From: an uncultured Alphaproteobacteria bacterium
GTDB lineage: Bacteria; Pseudomonadota; Alphaproteobacteria; HIMB59; GCA-002718135
Reading direction: 5' to 3'
DNA length: 64,000 nt
Assembly: GCA_902582755.1 (NCBI GenBank)
Contig: CACHSZ010000002.1
Location: 9,651-73,650 of the forward strand
A program made the position numbers and the translations under genes. Each line of letters starts with the position of its first letter. Within the stretch, counting starts at the first letter, position 1. The notes under the pieces are model-generated. The model was given only the letters and a program-made list of their open reading frames with translations. It did not search any database and was not told where the DNA came from. Positions 9,530-19,736 of the stretch are shown in pieces.

Positions 9530-10785
9530 GCTATTTTTGCTAATAACGTATCATTTTCTACGCCTGTATATATACACGAAATTATATTCCCCTCTTTAAA
9601 CTCTTCTTCTAGTTTTACTTTTAAAAAATGCTGATCTTTTCCAAGTGAAAAATTTTCTTTTCTACTTTCAATTAAAATTTGTTCCTTCTTTCCAATATTT
9701 TTTTTTAAATGTTGTTTTAATTTTTCCATACCTTTTTCTCTAAGTCTTCTTGCTCTATCTTTGATAAGGTTTTTTTGAACCTGAGGCATTTTAGATGCAG
9801 GAGTGTTTTCTCTTGGTGAATATGGAAAAATATGAAGATGAGTTAAATTGCACTCATCAACAAGTTTAATTGAATCTTGAAACATTGTTTCTGTCTCTGT
9901 TGGAAAACCGGCAATTATATCAGCACCAAATGTTGCATCTTTCCTAACAGATAAAACTTTTTTACAAAAATTGATTGCCATTTCCCTTGAATGTCTTCTT
10001 TTCATTCTTTTCAAAATTAAATTGTTTCCAGCCTGTAAACTTATATGAAAATGAGGCATCAATCTTTTGTCCTTTAAAACATCCCAAAAATCTTTGTCTA
10101 TTTCAGCGCAGTCAATTGAAGACAAACGCAGTTGTCTTAATTCAGGTACTAATTTTAGAATTCTTTTAATTAAATTAGAAAAAGTAGGTTTTGCAGGAAG
10201 ATCTTTTCCATAATCAGTTATATCTACTCCTGTTAAGACTACTTCATTATATCCATTACTAACAATTTTTTTTATTTTATTTACTATTTCTCCAGCAGGT
10301 ACACTTCTATTATTACCCCTGCCAAAGGGAATGATACAAAAAGTACAGCGATGGTTACAACCTTGTTGTATTTCAATATAAGCTCTTGATTTTCCTTCAA
10401 ATTTTTCAATTGAATTAGGCACTGTTTTACTTTCTTCTAATATATTTCCTACTTTAAGATTTTTAGACCGATCGATATTTTTCCATGTTAAATTTTCTAA
10501 TTTTTCTGTGTTCCCAATTACTGAGTCTACTTCTTTTAAATCTTTATATTTTAATGGATGTATTTGAGCTGCACATCCTGTAACGACTATTTTATTATTA
10601 GGAAAATTTTTTTTTGCCTTTCTAATTTCATAAGAAACTTTTTTTTCAGCTTCTTCAGTTACTGCACATGAGTTTATAACTGTAACATTATTCAAATTAT
10701 TTGTTTTAAGATGGTTTTTAATAATTTCACCTTCATAAATATTCAATCTACAACCTAGATTGACTACGTAATTTTTATTTTTCAT
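9526..10785 (-). CDS. mtaB: radical-SAM methylthiotransferase, MiaB-like (MtaB-type)
   Basis: 419 aa. N-terminal UPF0004 cysteines (GCRLN...C.V...GC), radical-SAM CNHRCTFCIIP and a C-terminal TRAM-like region. Confidence 0.8.
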   Translation of the reverse strand: MKNKNYVVNLGCRLNIYEGEIIKNHLKTNNLNNVTVINSCAVTEEAEKKVSYEIRKAKKNFPNNKIVVTGCAAQIHPLKYKDLKEVDSVIGNTEKLENLTWKNIDRSKNLKVGNILEESKTVPNSIEKFEGKSRAYIEIQQGCNHRCTFCIIPFGRGNNRSVPAGEIVNKIKKIVSNGYNEVVLTGVDITDYGKDLPAKPTFSNLIKRILKLVPELRQLRLSSIDCAEIDKDFWDVLKDKRLMPHFHISLQAGNNLILKRMKRRHSREMAINFCKKVLSVRKDATFGADIIAGFPTETETMFQDSIKLVDECNLTHLHIFPYSPRENTPASKMPQVQKNLIKDRARRLREKGMEKLKQHLKKNIGKKEQILIESRKENFSLGKDQHFLKVKLEEEFKEGNIISCIYTGVENDTLLAKIA

Positions 10786-10788
10786 AAA

Positions 10789-11607
10789 TTATATTTCTAA
10801 ACTACCCCGATAACTTATTTCTGCAGGTCCTGTCATAATAGATTCATTATTAATTATATTTATGTGCAGTGAACCTTTTTCAAGTTTCACTTCAGCGTTA
10901 TTTTCAATCAATCCTTTTTTCCACCCCGCATATACAGCTGCACAGGCACCACTACCACAAGCTAACGTGATTCCAACTCCACGTTCCCAAACTCTCATTT
11001 CAATTAAATTTGAATTAATAACTTCAACTATTTCAACATTAGTTTTTTTTGGAAAGAGCTCATGATTTTCTATTCCAGGACCTAAACTTTCAAGATCTGT
11101 ATCTTTGATCGATTTCCCAAAAAAAACTACATGTGGATTACCTACATTAACAGCTACCCCATTACTATATCCATCAATTGAAATTGGTATATTCATTGTA
11201 TCGACTTTTTTACTTAAAGGAATTTTATCCCAAGTATTTTTTATTGAACCCATGTTGACACTTATATTGTTATCTATTTTTTTTGATTCTAATATGCCTG
11301 CATCAGATTGAATTTTTAAAATTTCTTTATTTGAGTCTTCATCAAATAGTATTTTTGCCACGCAGCGTGTTCCATTACCACAAGCTTCGGCTCTATCACC
11401 ACCAGGATTAAAAATTTCAATTTCAGCGTCAGCACTTTGATTACTTGTATTATTAATTGTGATTAATTGATCACACCCTGCCCCAGTTCTTCTGTCACTG
11501 AGTCTTTTAATAATATCTTCAGTAATTGCGATATTGTTAGACCTTTTGTCTATGATAACAAAATCGTTCCCAAGTCCATGCATCTTTATAAAGTCTACTT
11601 TTTGCAT
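10789..11607 (-). CDS. dapF: diaminopimelate epimerase
   Basis: 272 aa. KMHGLGNDFVI, the two catalytic Cys contexts (EACGNGTRC and LACGSGACA) and GNPH. Confidence 0.95.
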   Translation of the reverse strand: MQKVDFIKMHGLGNDFVIIDKRSNNIAITEDIIKRLSDRRTGAGCDQLITINNTSNQSADAEIEIFNPGGDRAEACGNGTRCVAKILFDEDSNKEILKIQSDAGILESKKIDNNISVNMGSIKNTWDKIPLSKKVDTMNIPISIDGYSNGVAVNVGNPHVVFFGKSIKDTDLESLGPGIENHELFPKKTNVEIVEVINSNLIEMRVWERGVGITLACGSGACAAVYAGWKKGLIENNAEVKLEKGSLHINIINNESIMTGPAEISYRGSLEI

Positions 11608-11753
11608 ATTTGTTTTATAACCTAATTTATCGATAAATCTCAGTAAATATGGGAAATTTAAGAATACTTGACTTTCAATTATTCACCTAATAGAGGGACA
11701 CCAATAAATCCTATATTTGTAAACGAATTGAGCTTGTTACAATTGTGATAGGT

Positions 11754-11784
11754 ACTCTAGCCCACGAGTTTCGTGCCCTGGAGT
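11754..11784 (+). promoter_or_regulatory. GC-rich stem-loop in the ffh 5' leader, just upstream of the RBS
   Basis: Pairs 11754-11760 with 11778-11784 and 11763-11767 with 11771-11775 (CACGA/UCGUG). There is a CC/CC internal loop and a GUU loop. GGAG at 11797-11800 and ATG at 11805 follow. Confidence 0.3.
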
Positions 11785-11804
11785 TAAAAGGCTATTGGAG
11801 ATTT

Positions 11805-13169
11805 ATGTTTGATACACTGAACACAAAATTTGAAAAAATTGTTCAAAGTATTCGGGGTAAGGCTGTTATATCAGAAACAGATCTTGAAGTTACATTACGT
11901 GAAATTAGAATTGCTTTATTAGAGGCAGATGTTTCTTTAGTTGTAGTAAAAGAATTTATAAATTCCATCAAGTCAAACATTTTAGGAAAAGAAATTCTCA
12001 AATCTGTCAAGCCAGATCAAATGATCATAAAGCTTGTGCAAGATGAGCTTGTAAAAATTCTTGGATCAGAAAATAAATCTCTAAATTTATCTTCTTCTCA
12101 ATTAACTAAAATATTGTTTTGTGGATTACAGGGATCTGGGAAAACAACATCAATTGCCAAACTTTCTTATTTGTTAAAGAAGTCTTCAAAGAAAAAAATT
12201 TTACTAGCATCAGCAGATATTTATCGACCAGCAGCACAAGAACAATTAAAAGTATTAGCTGAAGAAACTGGCTCAGATTTCTTTAGTCACAATCTATCAT
12301 CAGCCAGTAAGATTGTTGATGATTCTATAGACTATGCTCAAAAAAATTTATTTGATATTCTTATTTTAGATACTGCTGGACGACAAGTTGTAGATAAAAA
12401 GTTAATGAGTGAATTAATAGAAATTGAAAATAAGTTTAAACCTGATGAAACATTATTAGTAGCAGATGCACTAACAGGACAAGATGCTGCAAATGTAGCT
12501 AAAAGTTTTAGTGATGCAATAAATATTACTGGATCAATTTTAACTCGAATAGATGGTGATAGCAGAGGTGGTGCAGCACTATCAATTAAATCGATAACAA
12601 ACTCTCCTATAAAATTTATAGGACTTGGAGAAAAAGTAGAAAATTTTGAACCTTTCCATCCTGAAAGAATTGCACAAAGAATCTTAGGTATGGGAGATAT
12701 TGTATCTCTTGTAGAAAAGGCTGCTGAAAATATTGATAAAGAAGAAATGGAAGATATGGCAAAAAAGATCGCTAAAGGAAAATTTGATCTTGAAGATTTT
12801 GCCAATCAATTAAAGCAAATGGGTAAAATGGGTGGAGTCTCCGGTTTACTTTCTATGATGCCAGGTGTTTCAAAGGCACAGAAGTTAATGGCAGAAAATA
12901 AAATTTCTAATTCAATTATTAATAAACAAATAGCTATAATCAGTTCAATGACAAAAAAAGAAAGAGCTGATCCAGATATTATTAAGGCTTCACGTAAAAT
13001 TAGAATTTCAAAAGGATCTGGAACAAAAGTTCAAGACGTTAACAGGTTATTAAAACAGTTTCTCCAATCACAAAAAATGATGAAGAGAATGAAATCAATG
13101 GGCAAAGGAGGAATTCCCAGTGATTTAATGCAAAAATTACAAGGAAATCTTCCTCCAAACATAAATTAG
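11805..13169 (+). CDS. ffh: signal recognition particle protein Ffh
   Basis: MFDTLNTKFEKIV... is the canonical Ffh N-terminus. It has GLQGSGKTTS, DTAGR and a Met-rich C-terminal M domain. The GTG at 11745 in the ORF track is probably not the start. Confidence 0.93.
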   Translation: MFDTLNTKFEKIVQSIRGKAVISETDLEVTLREIRIALLEADVSLVVVKEFINSIKSNILGKEILKSVKPDQMIIKLVQDELVKILGSENKSLNLSSSQLTKILFCGLQGSGKTTSIAKLSYLLKKSSKKKILLASADIYRPAAQEQLKVLAEETGSDFFSHNLSSASKIVDDSIDYAQKNLFDILILDTAGRQVVDKKLMSELIEIENKFKPDETLLVADALTGQDAANVAKSFSDAINITGSILTRIDGDSRGGAALSIKSITNSPIKFIGLGEKVENFEPFHPERIAQRILGMGDIVSLVEKAAENIDKEEMEDMAKKIAKGKFDLEDFANQLKQMGKMGGVSGLLSMMPGVSKAQKLMAENKISNSIINKQIAIISSMTKKERADPDIIKASRKIRISKGSGTKVQDVNRLLKQFLQSQKMMKRMKSMGKGGIPSDLMQKLQGNLPPNIN

Positions 13170-13181
13170 AAAGGAAATAAA

Positions 13182-13751
13182 ATGCCAGTAAGAATAAGAT
13201 TATCAAGAGGTGGTGCAAAGAAAAGACCATTTTATAGAATAGTAGTTGCTGATTCTAGAAGAGCGAGAGATGGAAAATTTATAGATCAAATTGGAACTTA
13301 TAACCCAATGCTTCCAAAGGATAGTGCTGATAGAGTTAAAATGGATTTAGACAAAGCCAAGGAATGGATTGCAAAAGGAGCAAAACCATCAGATAGAATC
13401 TCTATTTTTCTTAGCAATCTTGGTGTGATGGAAAAACCAGTTATTACTGAAAAAACAAAAAAACATCTACCTAAGAAAAAAGCACAGGAACGTTTAGCTG
13501 CTGCTAAAGAAAAAGAAGAAGCTGCGAAAGCTGCAGCAGAAGAACCAAAAGTAGAAGAAGCAGAAGCTAAACCAGCTGAAGATGCACAACCTGCTGAAGA
13601 ACCAAAAGTAGAAGAAGCAGAAGCTAAACCAGCTGAAGATGCACAACCTGCTGAAGAACCAAAAGTAGAAGAAGCAGAAGCTAAACCAGCTGAAGATGCA
13701 CAACCTGCTGAAGAACCAAAAGTAGAAGAAGCAGAAGCTAAAAAAGAATAA
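13182..13751 (+). CDS. rpsP: 30S ribosomal protein S16 with about 100-aa repetitive acidic C-terminal extension
   Basis: [26 protein letters not shown] is the S16 core. The tail carries repeats of [19 protein letters not shown]. Confidence 0.95.
   Translation: MPVRIRLSRGGAKKRPFYRIVVADSRRARDGKFIDQIGTYNPMLPKDSADRVKMDLDKAKEWIAKGAKPSDRISIFLSNLGVMEKPVITEKTKKHLPKKKAQERLAAAKEKEEAAKAAAEEPKVEEAEAKPAEDAQPAEEPKVEEAEAKPAEDAQPAEEPKVEEAEAKPAEDAQPAEEPKVEEAEAKKE
13539..13742 (+). repeat. perfect 57-bp tandem repeat, 3.6 copies, inside rpsP
   Basis: The unit gaagaaccaaaagtagaagaagcagaagctaaaccagctgaagatgcacaacctgct starts at 13539, 13596 and 13653, with a partial 33 nt at 13710. The copies are identical by eye. 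Confidence 0.95.
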
Positions 13752-13765
13752 AATCAATTTTTGCT

Positions 13766-14272
13766 TTGAGTAATAAAGATATCATTCTTGTTGGTCAGTT
13801 TGGATCTCCTGTAGGATTAAAAGGTGAAATAAAAGTTAACATGATGACTACCTCGTTTGAAGTTTTTAAAAATTTAAAAAACTATTATAATTTTGATGGT
13901 TCAGTTGCTTGGAATTTTAAAAATATTTTATTCAAAAATAATAAGTGTGTTGTTCAAGTTGAAAAATACTTTTCTAGAGAAGATGTTTTAGAGCTTAAAG
14001 GTCAAAAAATTTTTTCAAATAAGAAATTTTTTCCAAAAACAAAAGATAATGAGTTTTACATAAACGATCTAACAGAATGCATGATTTTCTTGAAAGATAA
14101 TACTAGTATTGGAAAAGTTTTAAGTGTTCAAAATTTTGGGGCAGGTGATTTATTAGAAGTCAAATATAATACCAAACTTATTCTTATACCTTTTGATAAA
14201 ACAAATATTTTATCAGTTAATATTAATAAAAAAGAAATTATAGCTGATCCAATACCTGGTATTCTTAATTAA
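13766..14272 (+). CDS. rimM: 16S rRNA processing protein RimM
   Basis: 168 aa with a TTG start. VGQFGSPVGLKGEIKV N-terminus and its position between rpsP and trmD. Confidence 0.85.
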   Translation: MSNKDIILVGQFGSPVGLKGEIKVNMMTTSFEVFKNLKNYYNFDGSVAWNFKNILFKNNKCVVQVEKYFSREDVLELKGQKIFSNKKFFPKTKDNEFYINDLTECMIFLKDNTSIGKVLSVQNFGAGDLLEVKYNTKLILIPFDKTNILSVNINKKEIIADPIPGILN

Positions 14273-14273
14273 A

Positions 14274-14972
14274 ATGAGAGTAGTAATTTTAACTTGTTAT
14301 CCTGAGATGTTCCCTGGTTCACTAGGATATTCTGTAATCGGAAAAGCATTAAACAATAAAAAATTTTCTCTCGAGATAGTCAATCTACATAATTTTGGAA
14401 TTGACAAAAGAGGAAGTGTTGATGATGAACCTTTTGGGGGAGGCCCTGGAATGGTTATTCGTCCAGATGTGATTGAAAAAGCATTAAATTCAATCACGTT
14501 CAAAACCGATAATTACTGCAAAATTTTTCTAACACCGTCAGGTCAGAAATTATCTCAAGCCAAACTTAATAATCTATCAAAACATGATGAAATGCTTATT
14601 TTATGCGGTAGATTTGAAGGGGTTGACCAAAGAGCAATAGAAATTCTTGATTTTCAGGAAATAAGTATCGGTGATTACGTCCTTTCTGGTGGCGAGATTG
14701 CTGCCCAGGTGTTAGTTGAAGGTTGTATTCGTCTCATTCCTGGAGTATTAGGGCAGCCACAAAGTTTATTAGAAGAATCTTTTTCTAATAATCTGCTTGA
14801 ATATCCTCATTATACCAGACCACAAACCTGGGAAGATATTCAGGGAAATAAACATGAAGTTCCAGATGTTTTAACATCAGGTCATCATGAAAAAATTGAT
14901 AAATGGAGAAAAGAAAAATCGGTTGAAAAAACTAAAGAATTAAGACCAGATCTTTATAAAAAGGAAATATGA
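14274..14972 (+). CDS. trmD: tRNA (guanine37-N1)-methyltransferase
   Basis: 232 aa. [31 protein letters not shown] and SGHHEKI motifs. Confidence 0.95.
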   Translation: MRVVILTCYPEMFPGSLGYSVIGKALNNKKFSLEIVNLHNFGIDKRGSVDDEPFGGGPGMVIRPDVIEKALNSITFKTDNYCKIFLTPSGQKLSQAKLNNLSKHDEMLILCGRFEGVDQRAIEILDFQEISIGDYVLSGGEIAAQVLVEGCIRLIPGVLGQPQSLLEESFSNNLLEYPHYTRPQTWEDIQGNKHEVPDVLTSGHHEKIDKWRKEKSVEKTKELRPDLYKKEI

Positions 14973-14973
14973 A

Positions 14974-15579
14974 ATGAGTAATTTATTAGAGACATTTGAA
15001 AAACAACAGATTGAAAAGTTAACTTCAAAAAAAAGAGTTCCTGCTTTTCGTCCAGGTGATACTCTAAAAGTTACTGTAAGAATTACAGAGGGGAGTAAGT
15101 CGAGACTTCAAGCATTTGAAGGTATTTGTATTGCAAGAAAAAATAATTCAGTAAACTCTAACTTTACTGTGAGAAAAATATCTCATGGAGAGGGTGTTGA
15201 AAGAGTATTCCCTTTATTCAGTCCATTAGTAGAAAAAATTGAAGTTGTTAGAAAAGGCGATGTAAGAAGAGCTAAACTGTATTATCTAAGAGAATTATCT
15301 GGAAAGAAAGCAAGGATCGCAGATAAAGATAGGGGCGATGAAGCCGATCAATATGAATATATAGAGGAAGCTCCTCCGGTAGAAGAAACAAAAACTGCAG
15401 TTACAGATACAAATGCTGCAGAGGAACCAAAAGCTGAAGAGGTAGAAGCAAAACAAGAAGAGACAAAAGCAGAAGAAGCAGAAGCCAAACCAGCAGAAGA
15501 ATCTAAAGCAGAAGCTGCAGAGGAATCTAGTAAAGAAGAGGAAAAAGCAGCCGAAAATAAATCGGATGACAATAAATAA
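14974..15579 (+). CDS. rplS: 50S ribosomal protein L19 with about 80-aa acidic C-terminal extension
   Basis: L19 core (FRPGDTLKV...[33 protein letters not shown]). The tail is rich in E/A/K/P. Confidence 0.95.
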   Translation: MSNLLETFEKQQIEKLTSKKRVPAFRPGDTLKVTVRITEGSKSRLQAFEGICIARKNNSVNSNFTVRKISHGEGVERVFPLFSPLVEKIEVVRKGDVRRAKLYYLRELSGKKARIADKDRGDEADQYEYIEEAPPVEETKTAVTDTNAAEEPKAEEVEAKQEETKAEEAEAKPAEESKAEAAEESSKEEEKAAENKSDDNK

Positions 15580-16969
15580 TCCTAAAACTCTTTTTGATAA
15601 AATTTGGGAACATCATCTTGTTGATAGACAAGAAGATGGAACTTGTCTTATATATATTGATAGACACCTTGTTCATGAAGTTACAAGCCCTCAAGCATTT
15701 GAAGGTTTAAGAAATAATAACCGTAAAGTTAGAAGACCCGAAAGTACTTTTGCTGTAGCTGATCACAATGTTCCAACCTCAGATAGATCTAAAGGTATAG
15801 AAAATAAAGAAAGTAGAATTCAGGTTGAAACACTAGAAAAAAATTGTAAAGATTTTGATGTTACACTTTTTCCATTATTAGATAGCAGACAAGGTATAGT
15901 TCATATAGTTGGACCAGAACAAGGCATTACTCAGCCAGGTATGACAATAGTTTGTGGTGATAGTCATACAGCAACACACGGAGCATTTGGTGCATTAGCT
16001 TTTGGTATCGGCACAAGTGAAGTTGAGCATGTATTAGCCACTCAGACCTTAATTCAAAAACCTGCAAAGAATATGCTAATTTCTGTTGAAGGTAATTTAA
16101 ACTTAGGTGTTACAGCAAAAGATATTATTCTTCATATAATAGGTAAAATAGGAACAGCTGGCGGAACTGGTTATGTTATTGAATATGCTGGTAATGCAAT
16201 TTCCTCTCTTTCTATGGAAGGAAGAATGACAATCTGCAATATGAGTATTGAAGCAGGTGCTAGAGCTGGTTTAATCGCTCCTGATGAAAAAACTTTTGAA
16301 TATATTAAAGGTAGACCGTACGCTCCATCAGGAGATAATTGGGATAAAGCTCTAGAATTTTGGAAATCTCTTCCATCTGATGAGGGCGCAAAATATGATG
16401 AAGAAATTTTAATTAAAGCTGAAGATATTTCACCACAAATTACTTGGGGCACAAGTCCTCAAGACGTTGTTGCTATAAATGGTATAGTGCCAAATCCTCA
16501 AGAAGAAAATAATCCAAATAGAAAGAGGGCTATGGAACGTTCTCTTGAGTATATGGGTTTAGAACCCAAACAAGAAATACAAAAAATTAAAATTGATAAA
16601 GTGTTTATTGGCTCTTGCACTAATGGAAGAATTGAGGATTTAAGAGAAGTTGCCAAAGTTGTAGAAGGCAAAAAAGTTTCTGTAGACTCAATGATTGTTC
16701 CTGGTTCAGGTCTAGTTAAAAAACAAGCTGAAGAAGAAGGTTTAGATAAAATTTTTATTGAAGCAGGATTTGATTGGAGAGAGCCAGGTTGTTCCATGTG
16801 TTTAGCTATGAATCCAGATCAATTAAAACCGCAAGAAAGGTGTGCATCAACATCAAATAGAAATTTTGAAGGTAGACAAGGTAGAGAAGGTAGAACACAT
16901 CTTGTTAGTCCTGCAATAGCTGCTGCCTCTGCAATCAAAGGTTCTTTTGCAACAGTAGAGGATTTATAA
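15566..16969 (+). CDS. leuC: 3-isopropylmalate dehydratase large subunit
   Basis: 467 aa. [21 protein letters not shown] and GSCTNGR aconitase-family motifs. Overlaps the rplS 3' end by 14 nt. Confidence 0.95.
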   Translation: MTINNPKTLFDKIWEHHLVDRQEDGTCLIYIDRHLVHEVTSPQAFEGLRNNNRKVRRPESTFAVADHNVPTSDRSKGIENKESRIQVETLEKNCKDFDVTLFPLLDSRQGIVHIVGPEQGITQPGMTIVCGDSHTATHGAFGALAFGIGTSEVEHVLATQTLIQKPAKNMLISVEGNLNLGVTAKDIILHIIGKIGTAGGTGYVIEYAGNAISSLSMEGRMTICNMSIEAGARAGLIAPDEKTFEYIKGRPYAPSGDNWDKALEFWKSLPSDEGAKYDEEILIKAEDISPQITWGTSPQDVVAINGIVPNPQEENNPNRKRAMERSLEYMGLEPKQEIQKIKIDKVFIGSCTNGRIEDLREVAKVVEGKKVSVDSMIVPGSGLVKKQAEEEGLDKIFIEAGFDWREPGCSMCLAMNPDQLKPQERCASTSNRNFEGRQGREGRTHLVSPAIAAASAIKGSFATVEDL

Positions 16970-17572
16970 ATGGAATCATTTAAAACAATAATTGGCATCC
17001 CTGCACCACTACCAATGATTAATGTCGATACCGATATGATTATTCCAAAACAATTTTTGAAAACAATAAAGAGATCTGGTTTAGGAAAAAACTTATTTCA
17101 TGAATTAAGATACGATATTCAAGGTAACATAAAGAACGATTTTGTTCTTAACTGGGACCCTTATAAAACTTCAAAAATTTTAATTGCTGGGGCAAATTTT
17201 GGTTGTGGATCAAGTAGAGAGCATGCACCATGGTCACTTTTAGATTTTGGTTTTAAGTCAATAATTGCACCAAGCTTCGCAGATATTTTCTATAATAATT
17301 GTTTTAAAAATGGAATACTGCCAATTAAGTTAGATCAACAAAAGGTAGATATATTAATGAACGAAGCAGAAAATAAAAATGATGTTTCAGTTGATTTAGA
17401 AAATCAAAAAATCACTTATCAAAATGATAAAACAATAGATTTTGAAATTGATGCATTTCGAAAAAAATGTTTACTAGAGGGTTTGGATGATATTGGTTTG
17501 ACGCTTAAAAAAAATAAAAAAATTGATGTTCACGAAGAAAAAATTCACAGTATCCAACCTTGGATAGTGTAG
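16970..17572 (+). CDS. leuD: 3-isopropylmalate dehydratase small subunit
   Basis: 200 aa. [14 protein letters not shown] and [15 protein letters not shown]. Confidence 0.95.
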   Translation: MESFKTIIGIPAPLPMINVDTDMIIPKQFLKTIKRSGLGKNLFHELRYDIQGNIKNDFVLNWDPYKTSKILIAGANFGCGSSREHAPWSLLDFGFKSIIAPSFADIFYNNCFKNGILPIKLDQQKVDILMNEAENKNDVSVDLENQKITYQNDKTIDFEIDAFRKKCLLEGLDDIGLTLKKNKKIDVHEEKIHSIQPWIV

Positions 17573-17578
17573 TCAAAA

Positions 17579-18691
17579 ATGAGTAATAAAAAAATTTTAA
17601 TTTTACCTGGTGATGGAATTGGCAATGAAGTTATGGCTGAGGTATTAAAAATCATTGATTGGATGGAAAAAACTAAATCTTTATCTTTTGATATTTCTGA
17701 AAGATTAGTTGGGGGCACAGCATACGATAAAGAAGGTAATTCTATAAGTGATGAAACAATGCAAGTAGCTATGGATTGTGATGCAGTATTATTTGGTGCG
17801 GTAGGAGGCGCTAAATGGGATAACGTAGAAAGAGATAAAAGACCTGAAGCAGCCTTATTAAGATTAAGAAAAGACCTTGATCTCTTTGCTAATCTAAGAC
17901 CAGCGGTTGTTTTAGATGCTCTTTCAGATTCATCATCTTTAAAATCTGATCTTGTTAAAGGATTAGATATTTTGATAATAAGAGAATTAACAAGTGGTGT
18001 ATATTTTGGACAACCAAGAGGTATATCAAAAATTAATGAGACTGAAAGTAAGGCAGTTGATACTCAACTGTATACCACATCAGAAGTTAATAGAGTTTCA
18101 CGAGTGGCATTTGATTTAGCAAAGTTGCGTAATAACAAAGTTACATCAGTAGAAAAATCAAATGTAATGGAAACAGGTTTATTTTGGAAACAAACCGTAA
18201 CAGATTTACATAAAAAGGAATATTCTGATGTTAATTTGGAACACATGCTTGCAGATAATTGTGCAATGCAGTTAGTTCGTTATCCAAAACAATTTGATGT
18301 CATACTTACAGACAACTTATTTGGTGATCTTTTAAGTGATACTGCTGCTATGTTAACCGGATCTTTGGGAATGCTTCCTTCAGCAGCTCTTGGACCAGTT
18401 AAAGAAAATGGAACTAGAGCGGCAATGTATGAGCCCGTTCATGGTAGCGCACCAGATATAGCTGGTCAATCTAAAGCAAATCCTTTAGCAATGATCATGA
18501 GCTTTGCTATGATGTTGAAATATAGTTTTGATATGCAAGAAGATAGTCAAATGGTTGAGAAAGCTGTACAGAATGTTTTACTAAAAGGTTTAAGAACAGC
18601 TGATATTAAAGATGGAGCAGAAAAAATTATCTCAACTCAAGAAATGGGAAATGCTGTTATTGAAGAATTAAAAATTCTATCTGGCAATTAA
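17579..18691 (+). CDS. leuB: 3-isopropylmalate dehydrogenase
   Basis: 370 aa. [10 protein letters not shown] and [22 protein letters not shown]. Confidence 0.95.
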   Translation: MSNKKILILPGDGIGNEVMAEVLKIIDWMEKTKSLSFDISERLVGGTAYDKEGNSISDETMQVAMDCDAVLFGAVGGAKWDNVERDKRPEAALLRLRKDLDLFANLRPAVVLDALSDSSSLKSDLVKGLDILIIRELTSGVYFGQPRGISKINETESKAVDTQLYTTSEVNRVSRVAFDLAKLRNNKVTSVEKSNVMETGLFWKQTVTDLHKKEYSDVNLEHMLADNCAMQLVRYPKQFDVILTDNLFGDLLSDTAAMLTGSLGMLPSAALGPVKENGTRAAMYEPVHGSAPDIAGQSKANPLAMIMSFAMMLKYSFDMQEDSQMVEKAVQNVLLKGLRTADIKDGAEKIISTQEMGNAVIEELKILSGN

Positions 18692-19735
18692 ATGACTCAA
18701 AAATACAATATAGCAGTAGTAGGAGCAACAGGTGCGGTAGGAACTGAAATAGTTCAAATATTAGAGCAAAGGGATTTTCCAATAGACAATTTATATTTAC
18801 TCGCATCATCAAAATCAAAAGGTAAAAAAGTAGAATTTAAAGATAAAGAAATTGTTGTAGAAGACTTATCAGAATTTGATTTTTCAAAAGCTCACATTGG
18901 TTTATTTTCACCCGGAGGTAAAATTTCTGCAGAATATGCACCAAAAGCGGCTAAATCAGGATGTATCGTTATAGACAATACCTCTCATTTTAGAATGCAA
19001 CAAAATATTCCTTTAATCGTTCCTGAAGTGAACGCTAATGCGCTTGATGAATTTTTTGATGATGAAAACAGAACTAATATTATTTCAAATCCTAACTGTT
19101 CAACTATACAAATGGTTGTTGCATTAAAACCACTTCATGAAAAAGCAATTATAAACAGAGTTGTTGTATCAACATACCAAGCTGTTTCTGGAGCAGGGAA
19201 AACAGGCATGGATGAATTATTTAATCAGACTCAAAATGTTTATGCAAACCAAGAATTAAAAAAAGACAAGTTTACAAAACAAATTGCTTTTAATACCATT
19301 CCTCACATTGGAGCTTTTTTAGAAAATGGTAATACAGAAGAAGAGCAAAAAATGATTGATGAAACTAAAAAAATTCTAGACGAGGGAATCAATGTTTCAG
19401 CAACGTGTGTTAGAACAGCTGTATTTATTGGTCATTCAGAAGCTGTAAATATAGAGTTTGATTCAGCATTAGATGAAAAAGAAGCTAACGAAATATTATC
19501 TAACTCTGCAGGTATTTCAGTAATTGATCATCGAAAAGATGAAGGTTATGTGACTCCTGTTGAAATTGCAGGAGAGGATAAAGTTTATATTAGTAGAATT
19601 AGAAATGATCAATCAATAGATAATGGTTTGAATTTATGGGTAGTCTCAGACAATTTACGTAAAGGCGCAGCACTTAATGCTGTCCAAATCGCTGAGTTAG
19701 TAATTTCAAAGTATTCAGAAAAAATAATTATTTGA
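18692..19735 (+). CDS. asd: aspartate-semialdehyde dehydrogenase
   Basis: 347 aa. VVGATGAVG, NPNCSTIQMV (active-site Cys) and SDNLRKGAALNAVQIAE. Confidence 0.95.
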   Translation: MTQKYNIAVVGATGAVGTEIVQILEQRDFPIDNLYLLASSKSKGKKVEFKDKEIVVEDLSEFDFSKAHIGLFSPGGKISAEYAPKAAKSGCIVIDNTSHFRMQQNIPLIVPEVNANALDEFFDDENRTNIISNPNCSTIQMVVALKPLHEKAIINRVVVSTYQAVSGAGKTGMDELFNQTQNVYANQELKKDKFTKQIAFNTIPHIGAFLENGNTEEEQKMIDETKKILDEGINVSATCVRTAVFIGHSEAVNIEFDSALDEKEANEILSNSAGISVIDHRKDEGYVTPVEIAGEDKVYISRIRNDQSIDNGLNLWVVSDNLRKGAALNAVQIAELVISKYSEKIII

Positions 19736-19736
19736 T

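Noticed and set aside
11745-11804. 20-codon N-terminal extension of ffh from a GTG start (MIGTLAHEFRALELKGYWRF). Similar upstream extensions occur for priA (44680), sdhD (31552), gloB (59358), DUF484 (44053) and the CM-aminotransferase (61322).
   Set aside because: The canonical family N-termini begin at the internal ATGs. The extensions overlap neighbouring genes or structured leaders and are best explained as chance open frames.
12338-12805. 155-aa minus-strand ORF inside ffh. Similar antisense or alternate-frame ORFs occur at 2887-3105, 3776-4030, 3849-4139, 9975-10169, 10862-11311, 14297-14503, 15348-15572, 16171-16797, 18064-18246, 21668-21880, 32933-33458, 33839-34021, 34382-34621, 35572-35769, 36277-36522, 38571-38786, 40356-40953, 44417-44716, 45942-46184, 46870-47415, 47906-48676, 48936-49133, 51207-51557, 56520-56726, 56873-57115, 57798-58184 and 59954-60178.
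   Set aside because: All lie within well-supported conserved genes on the other strand or frame. Their products are low-complexity or Ser/Phe/Ile-rich, as expected from antisense translation of AT-rich coding DNA. None has a recognisable motif.
13494-13757. 87-aa minus-strand ORF with the striking repeat [17 protein letters not shown]
   Set aside because: It is the antisense shadow of the S16 57-bp tandem repeat. It has no start context and is entirely inside a bona fide ribosomal protein gene.
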